Shown here: positions 9,726 to 21,541 of the stretch, piece by piece
How the letters are laid out: the number at the start of each line of letters is the position of its first letter
Numbering within the stretch: position 1 is the first letter of the stretch
Assembly: GCA_037479045.1 (NCBI GenBank)
Contig: JBBFLL010000008.1
Location: forward strand, 1,944 to 65,943
Reading direction: 5' to 3'
DNA length: 64,000 nucleotides
Source: Brevinematales bacterium
GTDB taxonomy: Bacteria > Spirochaetota > Brevinematia > Brevinematales > JAOACQ01
Program-made: the position numbers and the translations under genes
Notes under the pieces: generated by a model
Told to the model about the DNA's origin: nothing
What the model saw: only the letters and a program-made list of their open reading frames with translations
Databases searched by the model: none

Positions 9726-11091
9726 TATGACAGAAGGGGCTATTGGAAGAAAGATTTTCAGATTTACTATTCCACTTTTTATGGGGAATGTTTTTCAACA
9801 GCTTTATAATATGGTAGATAGTATAATTGTAGGGCAGTTTGTTGGTAAAGAAGCTATTGCTGCTGTTGGTATGAGCTTTCCTGTTATGTTTCTTGTGATA
9901 GCTCTTATGATGGGAGCAACTATGGGGCTCGGTGTTTTAATATCGCAATTTTTTGGTGCTAAAAATTTTATGTCTTTACAACGAACTATAGCTACAGGTT
10001 TTATATTTGCTTCTATTTTTTCTTTTTTTATTATGGCTTTTGGATTGCTTTTTGCGGATTCAATACTCATATTTTTAGCTACACCTGCAGATGTTTTTAA
10101 TAGAGCTTCTTCATATATGAGAATTATTTTTTTGGGTATGCCACTTTTGTTTGGATATAACTTTCTTGCGGCTGTTTTAAATGGGCTTGGAGATTCCAAA
10201 ACGCCACTTATATTTCTTATCATTGCCACCTGTATAAATATTGTTCTGGATTTGTTGTTTGTTATAGTTTTTAAATGGGATGTTATGGGGGCTGCAGTTG
10301 CAACTGTTATTGCTCAGGGAATTTCTTTTCTATTTGGTTTAATATTTTTACTTAAGAACAACAAAATTTTCTCATTTAATAAGGAAAGTTTTGTTTTTGA
10401 TTTTGAGATTTTTGTTAAAAGTATAAAGATAGGTATTCCTTCTGGAATTCAACAGCTTATTGTTGCTTTTGGAATAATGGTGCTTGTTAAGATAGTAAAC
10501 TATTTTGGTACAAATGTTCTTGCTGCCTATACAGCGGCTACAAGGATAGAGTCCTTTGCGATGATGCCGATTATGAATTTCAGTATGGCAATTTCTACTT
10601 TTGTAGCACAGAATCTTGGTGCTGGAAAGATAGATAGAATAAATAAAGGTGTAAAAAGCACTTTGATTATGGTTTTATCTATTTCACTTATAACTACGAT
10701 TTTGATAATGATTTTTGCTCCTTTTGTCATTTCACTTTTTAATAGAGATGCTCTTGTCATAGAGATTGGTACAGAATATTTAAGGATTGTTCCTATCTTT
10801 TATTTTGTTTTTGCTATTATGTTTGTGTTTAATGGGGTTTTAAGAGGAGCTGGTGATACGGTTGTGCCTATGTTTTCTTCTCTTATTTCACAACTTTTGT
10901 TAAGAATTCCAGCCGCATATTTCTTATCAAAAATATGGGGGCATAGGGGGATATGGTTTGGAATTCCAGCTGCTTGGTTCTTTGGGATGGGTTTTTCTTT
11001 TGTTTATTATAAGATTGGTAAGTGGAAAACAAAAAGGCTTGTAAAACCATCTTTAGAAGAAGAAGCCTTTATAGAAGTAGAAAAATTGTAA
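9718..11091 (+). CDS. MATE family efflux transporter
   Basis: 12-TM protein, 457 aa, N-terminal PLFMGNVFQQLYNMVDSIIVG motif typical of MATE. Overlaps the dus stop by 8 nt. Confidence 0.85.
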   Translation: MIDMTEGAIGRKIFRFTIPLFMGNVFQQLYNMVDSIIVGQFVGKEAIAAVGMSFPVMFLVIALMMGATMGLGVLISQFFGAKNFMSLQRTIATGFIFASIFSFFIMAFGLLFADSILIFLATPADVFNRASSYMRIIFLGMPLLFGYNFLAAVLNGLGDSKTPLIFLIIATCINIVLDLLFVIVFKWDVMGAAVATVIAQGISFLFGLIFLLKNNKIFSFNKESFVFDFEIFVKSIKIGIPSGIQQLIVAFGIMVLVKIVNYFGTNVLAAYTAATRIESFAMMPIMNFSMAISTFVAQNLGAGKIDRINKGVKSTLIMVLSISLITTILIMIFAPFVISLFNRDALVIEIGTEYLRIVPIFYFVFAIMFVFNGVLRGAGDTVVPMFSSLISQLLLRIPAAYFLSKIWGHRGIWFGIPAAWFFGMGFSFVYYKIGKWKTKRLVKPSLEEEAFIEVEKL

Positions 11092-11174
11092 TTTTTTAAA
11101 AATTTAATTTTTTATATTGACATTTCTCAAAATTTTGTTTAGTATAATAATATCCTTATTGCAAGGAGGCTTTT

Positions 11175-11498
11175 ATGAGATTTTTTAGTTTTTTAGCCAT
11201 TCTTTTTATTTTGAGTTCTAATTTGTATTCTCTTGAGTTTAAGGATCTTGGATTTCCTTTCAAGAGAATGGTTTATGATGCATTAAAAATTACAGGTGAT
11301 GAAGTTAAAAATGTAACAGTTAAAAAAGATACAGCAAAAATTCTTGAGTTTACCTATCAGGGTAAATCTTACAGGGCAGAAGTTTTTGTATACGGGGCTA
11401 TTTACCTTGAAAGGGAAGGACAGAATCCTCTACTCTTGAGCTTTGACATAAGGGAATACAGATTTGGTTCAAGGTTTATTGCTTTAAGGGAGTGGTGA
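11175..11498 (+). CDS. small secreted hypothetical protein
   Basis: RBS AAGGAGG, signal peptide. The 3' end overlaps the convergent xseA. Confidence 0.4.
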   Translation: MRFFSFLAILFILSSNLYSLEFKDLGFPFKRMVYDALKITGDEVKNVTVKKDTAKILEFTYQGKSYRAEVFVYGAIYLEREGQNPLLLSFDIREYRFGSRFIALREW

Positions 11499-12696
11499 TA
11501 ATTTCGCCATCCTGAAGTGTGGTTTTAAGTTGCTTTATTTTGTTTCTATCTTTGATTGATTTGAGTAATACCCAGTTTTGTTCTTCTTCGTTAAAATAAT
11601 GAGTTATTGAGTATCCACGAGAAAGTATAGTATTTGGATTGAGCATTTTTAATTTTTCAGTTTGTAATGAAAGCAAGTGTCTGATTTTTGTAATATTTTC
11701 TTGCATTTTATTCTCAAGTCTTATAGAAAGATTGTCAAGGAAAAGACTTTTTTGTTCGATGTCGTCTTTCAGCTTGTTGTATAAATATTGTGTTCCATAA
11801 TGGGAAATAGTTTTCTTAATATTCTGGATATAATTTTCAATAAATGTGGTCAATCTGTTATAGATATTTTTGAGTTTTATTTTTATTTCTTCTCTATCTC
11901 TTACAACTATTTCTGCTGCTGCTGATGGAGTGGGGGCTCTTAAGTCTGCAACGTAATCTGCAATTGTATAGTCTATTTCGTGTCCTACAGCAGAAACAAT
12001 CGGTATCTCTGAATTAAAAATTGCTCTTGCTACAATTTCCTCATTAAAGCTCCATAAATCCTCTATAGAACCACCACCTCTTCCCACAATCAAGACGTCT
12101 ATTTTGTTTTTAAATTTTTTGTTTGCAATTTCAATGGCTTTGGCTATTTCATATTGGGCATTTTCTCCCTGAACAGCTACAGGGAATATTATGACGTGGA
12201 CGTTTGGGGCTCTTCTATATGTAATATTCAGAATATCTCTTATAGCGGCGCCAGTTGGAGATGTAATGACACCTATAACTTCAGGATATTCTGGAATTTT
12301 TCTTTTTCTGCTTTTATCGAATAGACCTTCTGCTTCAAGTTTTCTTTTTAATTCTTCAAATTTTTGTTTTAATATACCTTCCCCAAGCAAATCAATTTGT
12401 TCTACAAAGAGGGTGATGTATCCTTCTTTTTTGTAATAACTTATCCTTCCGAAGACTATGATTTCAAGACCTTCTTTGAGAAGTTTATCATTTTTCTTTG
12501 CTGGAGAATTATTCATCAAAACAGCTGAAATCTTTGCATTTGCGTCTTTAATGTTGAAATAAATATTGCCATTTTGATGAAACTTAAGGTTTGAAACTTC
12601 ACCTTTAACCCATAAAGCTGGAATTTCAGTGATAAGTGAATGAATAGCCTCTGCTACCTGTGAAACAGAAAAAATCTCTTTTTCTAAAACAGGCAT
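11476..12696 (-). CDS. xseA: exodeoxyribonuclease VII large subunit
   Basis: N-terminal OB fold (WVKGEVSN), GRGGGSIEDLWSFNEE motif, C-terminal coiled coil. Confidence 0.9.
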   Translation of the reverse strand: MPVLEKEIFSVSQVAEAIHSLITEIPALWVKGEVSNLKFHQNGNIYFNIKDANAKISAVLMNNSPAKKNDKLLKEGLEIIVFGRISYYKKEGYITLFVEQIDLLGEGILKQKFEELKRKLEAEGLFDKSRKRKIPEYPEVIGVITSPTGAAIRDILNITYRRAPNVHVIIFPVAVQGENAQYEIAKAIEIANKKFKNKIDVLIVGRGGGSIEDLWSFNEEIVARAIFNSEIPIVSAVGHEIDYTIADYVADLRAPTPSAAAEIVVRDREEIKIKLKNIYNRLTTFIENYIQNIKKTISHYGTQYLYNKLKDDIEQKSLFLDNLSIRLENKMQENITKIRHLLSLQTEKLKMLNPNTILSRGYSITHYFNEEEQNWVLLKSIKDRNKIKQLKTTLQDGEIITTPLKQ

Positions 12697-12896
12697 TATT
12701 TGATGTTGTATCTCTTCTTAAATCTGTCAACCATACCACCTCTTTCGACAGTTTTCTTCTGTCCTGTGTAGAATGGATGACATTTTGAACAGATTTCAAC
12801 ATGTATTTCTGGAACTGTTGTTCTTATGACAAATTCATTACCGCAGGTGCATGTTACTTTTGTATCATATAAAGCTGGGTGAATACCTTCTTTCAT
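12696..12896 (-). CDS. rpmE: 50S ribosomal protein L31 (zinc-binding type)
   Basis: MKEGIHP start, CTCG...CSKCHPFYTG cysteine pairs, 66 aa. Confidence 0.95.
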   Translation of the reverse strand: MKEGIHPALYDTKVTCTCGNEFVIRTTVPEIHVEICSKCHPFYTGQKKTVERGGMVDRFKKRYNIK

Positions 12897-12930
12897 ACTT
12901 CACAAACCTCTTGCAATATTTTATTTTCAT

Positions 12931-12959
12931 ATTATATTTTAAAATAAAAAATTAGTCAA
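12931..12959 (-). promoter_or_regulatory. sigma70-type promoter for rpmE
   Basis: The minus strand reads TTGACT, 17 nt, TATAAT, about 35 nt upstream of the rpmE ATG. Confidence 0.5.
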
Positions 12960-12962
12960 GTT

Positions 12963-13976
12963 TTATCTAAGTTCGACTTCTCCATTGCCTTCTGTTATTT
13001 CACCAATAAGGTAAGACTTGTAGCTATTTTCATTGAAAAATTTCATTAATTCAAACTGTTTTTCTTTTGAAACTATTAATGTCATACCTATTCCCATATT
13101 GAATACTTTGTAAGCCTCTTTTTCATCAACTTCACCTTTTTCGATAATAAAATCCATCTCTGGTTTCTTTTTCCAGCTATTTTTGTGGATAACTGCTTTC
13201 ATATTGTCGGGCAGAACTCTTGAAAGATTTCCTTCTATTCCTCCGCCCGTGATGTGGGCAATGCCGTGAATGTGCTTTCTATATTTTTTTAATGCCTTAA
13301 TTATGATTGGAGAGTATATTTCTGTGGGAGTTAACAATATATCGCCCAGAATTCCAAACCCGTAGTTCTCTTTGTATGAAAGTCCTTTTTCTTTTACTAT
13401 CTTTCTTATGAGTGAATAACCATTGGAATGAAAACCAGATGAGGCAAGACCTATTACTATATCGCCTTTTTTCACTTCGGTTTTCTTTATAATATCTTTT
13501 TTTTCAACAACACCAACTGAAAAACCAGCTAGGTCAAATCCATCTTCTGGATATACATCTGGTTGTTCGGCTGTTTCTCCACCTATGAGGGCACATTCTG
13601 CAAATTTGCATGCTTTTGAAATACCTTCTATAACCTTTAAATACATTTCTTCCTTGAGTTTTCCTATGGCTATATAATCAAGAAAAAATAGAGGTTTTGC
13701 TCCCTGACAGACGATATCATCAACACACATAGCAACAAGATCAAATCCAAGCCCGCCGAATTTTTTCATTTCTTCTGCGATGAGTATCTTTGTCCCAACT
13801 CCATCTGTTGAAGAAACAATTACAGGATTTTTGTATTTTTTGAGTTCAAATAATGCTCCAAATCCTCCAATTCCCTCTAAAACTCCGTCTATATATGTTT
13901 CTTTAGCCATTCTTGAAATATCTTTTACAAGGTTGTCGGCTTTTTCTATATCTACTCCTGCCTTTTTGTAGTCCAT
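12963..13976 (-). CDS. purM: phosphoribosylformylglycinamidine cyclo-ligase (AIR synthetase)
   Basis: MDYKKAGVDIEKAD N-terminus, GIGGFGALF, STDGVGTK, 337 aa. Confidence 0.95.
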   Translation of the reverse strand: MDYKKAGVDIEKADNLVKDISRMAKETYIDGVLEGIGGFGALFELKKYKNPVIVSSTDGVGTKILIAEEMKKFGGLGFDLVAMCVDDIVCQGAKPLFFLDYIAIGKLKEEMYLKVIEGISKACKFAECALIGGETAEQPDVYPEDGFDLAGFSVGVVEKKDIIKKTEVKKGDIVIGLASSGFHSNGYSLIRKIVKEKGLSYKENYGFGILGDILLTPTEIYSPIIIKALKKYRKHIHGIAHITGGGIEGNLSRVLPDNMKAVIHKNSWKKKPEMDFIIEKGEVDEKEAYKVFNMGIGMTLIVSKEKQFELMKFFNENSYKSYLIGEITEGNGEVELR

Positions 13977-13987
13977 AAAACCTCCTA

Positions 13988-16651
13988 TTAATTCCCTGAG
14001 ATTCTTTGTTTAGCCATATCTTCATCAAGATGGCAGTTTTTATATTTTTTGCCACTACCGCACCAGCATGGATCATTTCGTCCGAGTTTTTCTCTTCTGA
14101 TTACCTGTGAGCTTGATTTTTGAGGCATTTGTTGACTCATAGCACCGAATTGTCCGAATTCCTGATGCATTTCGTTGATTTTTCTGGTCGGTAAAACTTC
14201 TTCTTCTTTTGGCAATAGCTCTGCTTTTACCTCAAGTCTTGAAGCAAGGGATAATGCCTCAAGCATAAACTGATTTTTCATATTGTTGAACATTTCAAAG
14301 GATTCAAGTTTATATTCAACTATTGGATTTTTTCCTGCATAACTTCTGAGATATATACCTTCCTGTAATGAGTCTATATTTCTCAAATGTTCTTTCCATC
14401 TTGTATCAAGTGTAGTAAGTAAAACAAACTTTAAAGCCTCTCCTTTTATTTCTTCTGGTATATTAAGCCTGTCCCAAGTTACAGCTTTTATATCTTTACA
14501 AAGCATTTCAAATGCTGTTTCAAAATTTTTGCCTCTGTAGTCTGATTTTAAATCAGCAAAAAATGTAAACTTAAACCATTTTTCAATTTTGTCCATATCC
14601 CAGCTTGAAACATTCTGATAGTTATCAAATGTTGTTGAAAGAAAGTTTAAAGCTACATTTTTGATAATTTCATCTATAAGATTATAATTGTTGTGAATGT
14701 CAAGAATTCTATCTCTTATACTGTAAATATAACTTCTCTGTTCATTCATTACATTGTCGTATTCAAGAAGATTCTTTCTTATTTCAAAGTTTCTCTGTTC
14801 TACTCTTTTCTGGGCTCTTTCTATGGCTTTTGATATCATTGCACTCTGAATTTCTTCATCTTCACTGAAGCCAAGAGATTGCATAAGTTTCATTCTGTTG
14901 TCCATACCAAAAAGCCTCATAAGATCGTCCTGTAATGAAACATAGAATTGTGATGAACCTGGATCTCCCTGTCTACCTGAACGACCTCTGAGCTGATTGT
15001 CTATTCTTCGAGCTTCGTGTCTTTCACTACCTATGACGTGCAAACCACCAACTTCTTTTACTCCCTCTCCAAGTTTGATGTCTGTTCCTCTACCAGCCAT
15101 ATTTGTTGCAATTGTTACAGCTCCGAGTTGTCCTGCCTGAGCTATTATTTCTGCTTCTTTTTCATGATACTTTGCGTTTAAGACGTTATGCCTTATTCTC
15201 TTCTGGTTTAATAACTTGGAAAGAATTTCTGATTTTTCAACCGAAATTGTTCCAACAAGAATTGGTTGACCTTTTTTGTGTCTTTCTTCTATGTCTCTTA
15301 TTATTGCTTTGAATTTGGCATTTTCGTTTATGTAGATTTTGTCTGGATAATCTATTCTCTGAACTGGAACGTTTGTAGGAATTACAACAACATCAAGTTT
15401 GTAAATTGCATAAAATTCTGTAGCTTCAGTCTCTGCTGTTCCAGTCATACCAGCAAGTTTTTCATACATTCTGAAATAATTCTGAAAAGTTATCGTTGCG
15501 AGTGTTTGAAATTCCTGCTTTATGTTTACCCTTTCTTTTGCTTCTATAGCCTGATGAAGTCCATCTGACCATCTTCTTCCTGGCATTTTTCGTCCAGTGA
15601 ATTCGTCTACTATAACAACCTCACCATTTTCTACTACATAGTCAACGTCTCTATGGAAAAGATGGTGGGCTCTTATTGCCTGAATGACGTGGTGAACAAT
15701 TCTACTATTTTTAGGAGAAAACAGATCTTTTATACCAAGTAATTCTTCTACTCTTTCTATACCCTGTTCTGTAAGAACGGCAGATTTATCTTTTTCATCA
15801 ATAGCATAATCCCCTGTTCCTTCTATTGGTTCGTTTTTTTCATTTACTTCTGCTCTTGAAAGTCTTGGAATTATTTTATCTATCTTATAGTAAAGGTCTG
15901 TTGCTTCTTCTGATGGACCTGAGATTATGAGAGGGGTTCTTGCCTCATCAATAAGAATAGAGTCAACTTCATCAACTATAGCAAAATAGTGTTTTCTCTG
16001 CACCTTTTGATCCATAGAAAACACCATATTATCTCTTAAGTAATCAAAGCCAAACTCATTATTTGTTCCGTAGGTTATATCACAGTTGTATGCTTCTTTT
16101 CTTGAACATTCTACAAGCCTTGTTGAGTATTTTGATATATCGTCCCATTCTACTCTATAAGATTTTTCGTGGTTTATTACTCCAACAGATAACCCAAGAA
16201 ATTTATAGATAGGTCCCATCCATGTTGCGTCTCTTCGTGCTAAATAGTCGTTTACAGTGACAAGATGACAGCCTTTTCCAGTGAGAGCATTGAGATAGAG
16301 GGCAAGCGTAGCTACAAGAGTTTTACCTTCACCTGTTTTCATTTCTGCAATCATTCCTTTGTGAAGCACATATCCACCTATAAGCTGAACATCAAAATGC
16401 CTCATGCCGAGAGTTCTTTTTGAAACCTCACGAACAGTAGCAAAACTTTCTACAAGAAGGTCATCGAGGGTTTCGCCCTTCGCAAGTCTTTCTTTAAATT
16501 CAAGAGTTTTTCTTGAAAGTTCATCGTTATTTAAGCTGCTTATAGTTGGTTCTATTTGATTTATTTTTTCAACATAAGGTTTGATTTTCTTTAAATCTCT
16601 TTGCTGTTTTGTACCTATGAAGAGAGAAACAATTTTGTCAAAAAGAGGCAT
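13988..16651 (-). CDS. secA: preprotein translocase ATPase SecA
   Basis: MKTGEGKT Walker [31 protein letters not shown]-terminal zinc finger [13 protein letters not shown]. Confidence 0.97.
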   Translation of the reverse strand: MPLFDKIVSLFIGTKQQRDLKKIKPYVEKINQIEPTISSLNNDELSRKTLEFKERLAKGETLDDLLVESFATVREVSKRTLGMRHFDVQLIGGYVLHKGMIAEMKTGEGKTLVATLALYLNALTGKGCHLVTVNDYLARRDATWMGPIYKFLGLSVGVINHEKSYRVEWDDISKYSTRLVECSRKEAYNCDITYGTNNEFGFDYLRDNMVFSMDQKVQRKHYFAIVDEVDSILIDEARTPLIISGPSEEATDLYYKIDKIIPRLSRAEVNEKNEPIEGTGDYAIDEKDKSAVLTEQGIERVEELLGIKDLFSPKNSRIVHHVIQAIRAHHLFHRDVDYVVENGEVVIVDEFTGRKMPGRRWSDGLHQAIEAKERVNIKQEFQTLATITFQNYFRMYEKLAGMTGTAETEATEFYAIYKLDVVVIPTNVPVQRIDYPDKIYINENAKFKAIIRDIEERHKKGQPILVGTISVEKSEILSKLLNQKRIRHNVLNAKYHEKEAEIIAQAGQLGAVTIATNMAGRGTDIKLGEGVKEVGGLHVIGSERHEARRIDNQLRGRSGRQGDPGSSQFYVSLQDDLMRLFGMDNRMKLMQSLGFSEDEEIQSAMISKAIERAQKRVEQRNFEIRKNLLEYDNVMNEQRSYIYSIRDRILDIHNNYNLIDEIIKNVALNFLSTTFDNYQNVSSWDMDKIEKWFKFTFFADLKSDYRGKNFETAFEMLCKDIKAVTWDRLNIPEEIKGEALKFVLLTTLDTRWKEHLRNIDSLQEGIYLRSYAGKNPIVEYKLESFEMFNNMKNQFMLEALSLASRLEVKAELLPKEEEVLPTRKINEMHQEFGQFGAMSQQMPQKSSSQVIRREKLGRNDPCWCGSGKKYKNCHLDEDMAKQRISGN

Positions 16652-16877
16652 TTTAATCTCCTGTTAAAAATTTTACCTATTAAAGAATAACAGAGGCTTT
16701 TTAAAAAGTCAATTTTGTAATTCTAAATATTGCTTTTGGGAAAAGAAGATCTTATTAAGAATAAAGCAGTTATTAACTTGAAAATTTTGGATAAATATTT
16801 TTAAACCATAAATTTGAAACTTTTTCCTTTTTTTAAGACTTATTATATAATAATGCAAAAATTTTTAAGGATCAATA

Positions 16878-18191
16878 ATGCTAAAAAAATACATTTTGCT
16901 TATTTTTATACCTATTTTTACTTATTCTTTTGAGCTTGATTTTGAAAAGGCATTAAATATTTCTCTTTCTAACAACAATGAGTTAAAAATTCTTGAAAAA
17001 GAGCTGACGGTAGCAAAACTTAAGGTAAGTGGAAATTTTGCGAATCTATATCTACCTTCTATAAGTGCGGGTGGTAATTTTACGTATCAATTTTTTACAA
17101 ATGGTGAAAATACAACTACCTATGTTCAGGGAGATAGAACTATTGAGATTACAAACCAATTTCCTGATAACTATACGCTTTCAATTGGAGTTGATAAACA
17201 ACTTTTTGCTGGGTTTAAAAATGTTAACAATTATCAACTGGCAATATTAGATTTTGAACTCAAGCAAAAAGAGTATAGAGACAAACAAAAAGAGATATGG
17301 CAGAATTTGTTTGAGTCCTATTTTAAATTAATTCTTATTAACTCAAAATTAGAAACCTTAAAATTTAATTTGCAATTTTCATCAAATCAATTAAGACAGA
17401 GTGAAGAAAAATTTAAACTCAATCTTATAACACTTTTTGAGCTTAATCAGACAAACATAAACCTTAAGAATGAATATCTTAATTACCTTCAATATTTGAA
17501 TGAATATAAAAAAGAAGAACAAAATTTAATGAAGATTATGGGTGTAAATACAAATTTAACTCCTCTCGATACAATAGATAGTGTTTCAAAATATATTTCT
17601 AATGATGTGCCTGAAAAAGAAGAAGCAAAAAAGATTGTTTTATCAAATAATTTACAATGTGTAACATATGATTATAATCTCAAGAAAGAAGAGATAAATA
17701 AAAATACTCTTGAATGGTCAAGGTTGCCAGCAGTTTATGCTTCTTTTGATTATCGATGGAGATATGAAAGAGATAATATAGCAATAAACAAAAGAAGCTG
17801 GCAAAGAAACTGGCAGGTTGGATTGTCATTTTCTTTGCCTATAGATTCAATTTTGCCTGATTCTTCAACTGATATATCTATAAAGCAATCAAAAGAAAAT
17901 ATTGAAAAAATAAAATTGCAAAAGAAAAGCTATGAATCTGATCTATTTAACACAATAGAAAATTATTATTCAGATTTAAACTATTATTCTCAGGCTGTCA
18001 AAATATCAGAAGAAAGACTTAAATTAGCAACTGAAAACTTAAACTATGCTAAAAAACTCAAGGAATTGAAAAGAATAAATGATCTTGAATATGCCCAATA
18101 TGAATTATCATACTTGAATACACGAGATGATTATTATTCGATTTTGTATAACTATTATCTGTCACTTGCAAAAATTTTAAGAAATTTATAA
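16878..18191 (+). CDS. TolC-like outer membrane efflux protein
   Basis: Signal peptide and two long coiled-coil/beta repeat halves. First gene of an MFP + ABC efflux cluster. Confidence 0.75.
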   Translation: MLKKYILLIFIPIFTYSFELDFEKALNISLSNNNELKILEKELTVAKLKVSGNFANLYLPSISAGGNFTYQFFTNGENTTTYVQGDRTIEITNQFPDNYTLSIGVDKQLFAGFKNVNNYQLAILDFELKQKEYRDKQKEIWQNLFESYFKLILINSKLETLKFNLQFSSNQLRQSEEKFKLNLITLFELNQTNINLKNEYLNYLQYLNEYKKEEQNLMKIMGVNTNLTPLDTIDSVSKYISNDVPEKEEAKKIVLSNNLQCVTYDYNLKKEEINKNTLEWSRLPAVYASFDYRWRYERDNIAINKRSWQRNWQVGLSFSLPIDSILPDSSTDISIKQSKENIEKIKLQKKSYESDLFNTIENYYSDLNYYSQAVKISEERLKLATENLNYAKKLKELKRINDLEYAQYELSYLNTRDDYYSILYNYYLSLAKILRNL

Positions 18192-18207
18192 TTCTTCTGG
18201 AGGAAAA

Positions 18208-19401
18208 ATGAAGAAAAAAAACATTTTATTTATAATACTCTTAATAGTCTTAGTGGGGTTGGTTTTTTTCTATTTTAATTTCTTCAGAAAAAAGGAATAT
18301 AATTTTCAGACGGTAAAAATAGAAAGAGGGGAAATAACGAAAACAATTTCTACAACAGGCACTTTAAAGTATATTAAATCAGTAATTGTATATCCCAACA
18401 TAGCTGGAATAGTAGATAAAGTATATGTAGATTTTAACAGTCGTGTTCGCAAAGGGCAACTACTTGCAACGTTAAACAATGCAAGCTATAAAATTGCCTT
18501 AAAAAAGGCAGAACAGAATATTATCCAATCTTCAAATTCAATGATTAACTATGCAAAGGAATACAAAGATATATTGAAACTTTATGAAGCAGGATTTAAA
18601 TCAGAAAATGAACTCTCTACAGCAAGATATAATTATGAAAATGCTGAAGCAAGTTATAAAACAGCTCTTCTTGAGTATGAAAATGCAAAGTTAAACTATG
18701 AATATTCTTTTATAACTTGTCCGATAGACGGAATTATTGTAAATAAGGCTATTGATAGTGGAACAAATGTTACAACAACCACTCCACTATTTATAGTGGC
18801 TTCAGGATTAAATGAGCTTGAAATTGAAGCCCTTGTTGACGAGACTGAGATTGGCAATGTTAAGGTGGGACTACCAGTAAGTTTCAGTGTGGGAGCTTTT
18901 CCTAATAAAACTTTCGGCGGCAAGGTTCGACAGATAAGGCTTAATCCTCAAACTATCCAGAATATTGTAAACTATACTGTAGTTATAAAGGTTGATGAAA
19001 AGGAAAAGAACCTATTAGCAGGTATGACAGCATCTATAGATATAGTAATAGAAAGTAAGGAGAATGTTCTTAAAGTTCCGTCTACAGCCTTAAGATTTCA
19101 ACCTTCAAAAGATATGTTACCACAGAAGAAGCCAGATCATATTCCTTCAAAAGAAGGCAGAAAGGAAAGAAAATCAATTGATAAAGATGTAAGAGTTTTA
19201 TGGGTATATGATAAAAATACGAAAGAGATAAAACCTCTTGCTGTTAAGACTGGACTTTCTGACGGTAAAAATGTAGAAATTATACCTGTAAAAGATGAAA
19301 ACATTGAAGGTCTTGAAGTTATAATAGCTTCAATTACAAAAGACAAAAAGCAAACTACTACAAATCCTATGATGTTTGGTCCGCAACCACCAAGGAGGTA
19401 A
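18208..19401 (+). CDS. efflux membrane fusion protein (HlyD/MacA family)
   Basis: N-terminal TM, lipoyl-like half motifs (GQLLATL / ITCPIDGII), alpha-hairpin, beta-barrel domain. Confidence 0.85.
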   Translation: MKKKNILFIILLIVLVGLVFFYFNFFRKKEYNFQTVKIERGEITKTISTTGTLKYIKSVIVYPNIAGIVDKVYVDFNSRVRKGQLLATLNNASYKIALKKAEQNIIQSSNSMINYAKEYKDILKLYEAGFKSENELSTARYNYENAEASYKTALLEYENAKLNYEYSFITCPIDGIIVNKAIDSGTNVTTTTPLFIVASGLNELEIEALVDETEIGNVKVGLPVSFSVGAFPNKTFGGKVRQIRLNPQTIQNIVNYTVVIKVDEKEKNLLAGMTASIDIVIESKENVLKVPSTALRFQPSKDMLPQKKPDHIPSKEGRKERKSIDKDVRVLWVYDKNTKEIKPLAVKTGLSDGKNVEIIPVKDENIEGLEVIIASITKDKKQTTTNPMMFGPQPPRR

Positions 19402-19404
19402 AGT

Positions 19405-20106
19405 TTGAAAGATCTTGTTATAAAGCTTAATAATATAAAAAAGATATACAATGCAGAGAATGAAGAAGCCAGAGTATATGCTTTGAAGGGGATAAATCTC
19501 GAAGTAAAAAAGGGGGAGTTTATAGCAATAATGGGAGCATCAGGGTCTGGTAAAAGCACACTTATGAATATACTTGGTTTTCTTGATACTCCAACAGAAG
19601 GTGAATATTACCTTGAAGGTGAAAAAGTAAATACATTTTCAAAAGATGAGCTTGCAGAGATAAGAAATAAAAAACTTGGTTTTGTATTTCAGTCTTTCAA
19701 TTTACTTTCGAGAACAACAGCTTTTGATAATGTAAAGTTGCCATTACTTTATAGCAGACCAAGACCAAAAGATAGTGAAATTTCAAGAAGAGTTTTAAAT
19801 GCACTTGAGATGGTTGGTTTAAAAGAGAGAAAAAACCATTTACCAAGTCAGCTTTCTGGAGGAGAACAACAAAGGGTGGCTATAGCAAGGGCTCTTGTAA
19901 ACAACCCATCAATAATTCTTGCAGATGAACCTACAGGCAATCTTGATAGCAAAAGAAGTAAAGAAATAATGGATATATTTACTGAATTGAATAAATACGG
20001 GATAACAATAATACTTGTAACACATGAACATGATATTGCAGAATATGCAAAAAGGGTTATTGAGATGAGGGACGGAAGTATATTGAAAGACACTGGAGGG
20101 AAGTAA
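19405..20106 (+). CDS. ABC transporter ATP-binding protein (MacB/LolD type)
   Basis: Walker [10 protein letters not shown], signature [14 protein letters not shown], Walker [15 protein letters not shown] start 6 nt after GGAGG. Confidence 0.9.
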   Translation: MKDLVIKLNNIKKIYNAENEEARVYALKGINLEVKKGEFIAIMGASGSGKSTLMNILGFLDTPTEGEYYLEGEKVNTFSKDELAEIRNKKLGFVFQSFNLLSRTTAFDNVKLPLLYSRPRPKDSEISRRVLNALEMVGLKERKNHLPSQLSGGEQQRVAIARALVNNPSIILADEPTGNLDSKRSKEIMDIFTELNKYGITIILVTHEHDIAEYAKRVIEMRDGSILKDTGGK

Positions 20107-21320
20107 TGATTTTTTATGCTTTACTTGATGCATATAGATCAATCTTAAAGAATAAAACAAGAAGTTTTTTAACAATGCTTGGGATTATAATTGGTATTAC
20201 ATCTGTGGTTGTAATGCTATCTATAGGGCTTGGTGTTCAGAAACAGGTCGAAAGTCAGATAGGAAGTATGGGTGTTAATTTAATAACGATTTTTCCCGGG
20301 ACATTCAGACAGGGTAGTGCAAGGATGGGAGGAGGGAGTATCTCAAGATTATCAATAGCTGATGTTGAAAAGATAAGAAGGGAAGCAACTTTAGTAAATG
20401 CTATCTCTCCACTTTATAGAATTAATACGCAGATTATTGGTTCGGCGGGAAACTGGTATACTACTGTTTACGGAGTGTCGGAAGACTATTTTAAAATAAG
20501 AGGGTGGGAGTTTTCTCACGGAGAAGGTTTCAGTGAAAGTGCTGTGAGAACAAAGGCAAGAGTTTGTGTGCTTGGTTTAACAGTTGCAACAAATATTTTT
20601 GGTAGTGCTGATGTAGTAGGAGAGGAAGTAAGAATTTCTGGGAATAGGTATACAATTCTTGGTGTTCTTGCCTCAAAAGGGGCAAGTGGTGGTATGGGAG
20701 ATCAGGACGATCAGGTTTTAGTACCATATACAACTTTTGAAACAAGAATATCAAGATGGAGATACATTAATCAGATTCTTGTGAGTGCAGTTTCAAAGGA
20801 TGTAATGTATGCCGCTCAAGAAGAGATAAGAAATATTTTAAGAGAATCTCATAAACTTGCTGCAAATGCTGAAGATGATTTTACTATTGGTAATCAGACG
20901 GATTTGCTTGAGGCATTTAATCAGACTACAATGTTACTTACCATTTTTCTTGCTTCTATTGCGGGTATTTCTCTTGTTGTTGGTGGAGTTGGAATAATGA
21001 ATATAATGCTTGTTTCAGTTACAGAAAGAACGAGAGAAATAGGTATAAGGATAGCTATAGGAGCAAGAGAGAGAGATATACTTTTGCAGTTTCTTCTGGA
21101 ATCTATAGTTTTGTGTTTTACTGGTGGAATAATTGGTATAGCTTTAGGTGTCGGAATAAGTTTTGTACTTGAAAGGTTTTTTAATATGACGGTTGTTTTT
21201 TCTATTCCTGTTTTTCTTCTTGCCTTTATTTTTTCTATAAGTGTAGGGGTGTTTTTTGGCTTTTACCCCGCCAGAAAAGCAGCCATGTTAAATCCTATAG
21301 AAGCACTGAGATATGAATAA
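20106..21320 (+). CDS. ABC transporter permease (MacB/FtsX type)
   Basis: N-terminal TM, large periplasmic MacB domain, C-terminal FtsX 3-TM bundle. ATGA overlap with the ATPase gene. Confidence 0.9.
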   Translation: MIFYALLDAYRSILKNKTRSFLTMLGIIIGITSVVVMLSIGLGVQKQVESQIGSMGVNLITIFPGTFRQGSARMGGGSISRLSIADVEKIRREATLVNAISPLYRINTQIIGSAGNWYTTVYGVSEDYFKIRGWEFSHGEGFSESAVRTKARVCVLGLTVATNIFGSADVVGEEVRISGNRYTILGVLASKGASGGMGDQDDQVLVPYTTFETRISRWRYINQILVSAVSKDVMYAAQEEIRNILRESHKLAANAEDDFTIGNQTDLLEAFNQTTMLLTIFLASIAGISLVVGGVGIMNIMLVSVTERTREIGIRIAIGARERDILLQFLLESIVLCFTGGIIGIALGVGISFVLERFFNMTVVFSIPVFLLAFIFSISVGVFFGFYPARKAAMLNPIEALRYE

Positions 21321-21367
21321 ATTACAATATTATTTTTTAAAGACTATAATTGTTGAAGGAGAAAAAA

Positions 21368-21541
21368 ATGAAAGACAATAATAATCTCTCCGGGGCTATT
21401 TATTTTCTTACTATTATTGGGGCTGCAGTATATTTTATTAAAACCGCAGTTTCTTTTTGGGGTGGAGTCCTTGGTATTCTTAAAGCTATGGTATGGCCTG
21501 CTATTGTAATATATAAAGTTCTTGAGCTTCTTAAACTTTAA
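21368..21541 (+). CDS. small membrane protein (two TM helices)
   Basis: RBS GAAGGAG precedes the ATG at 21368. Hydrophobic 57-aa product. Weak support. Confidence 0.35.
   Translation: MKDNNNLSGAIYFLTIIGAAVYFIKTAVSFWGGVLGILKAMVWPAIVIYKVLELLKL

Noticed and set aside
9804-10229. Long antisense ORFs inside confident genes, for example 9804..10229, 19137..19559, 24387..24848, 51185..51508, 60663..61103 and 56877..57203.
   Set aside because: These are shadow frames of well-supported genes on the opposite strand. They have biased low-complexity composition, no RBS and no recognisable motifs.
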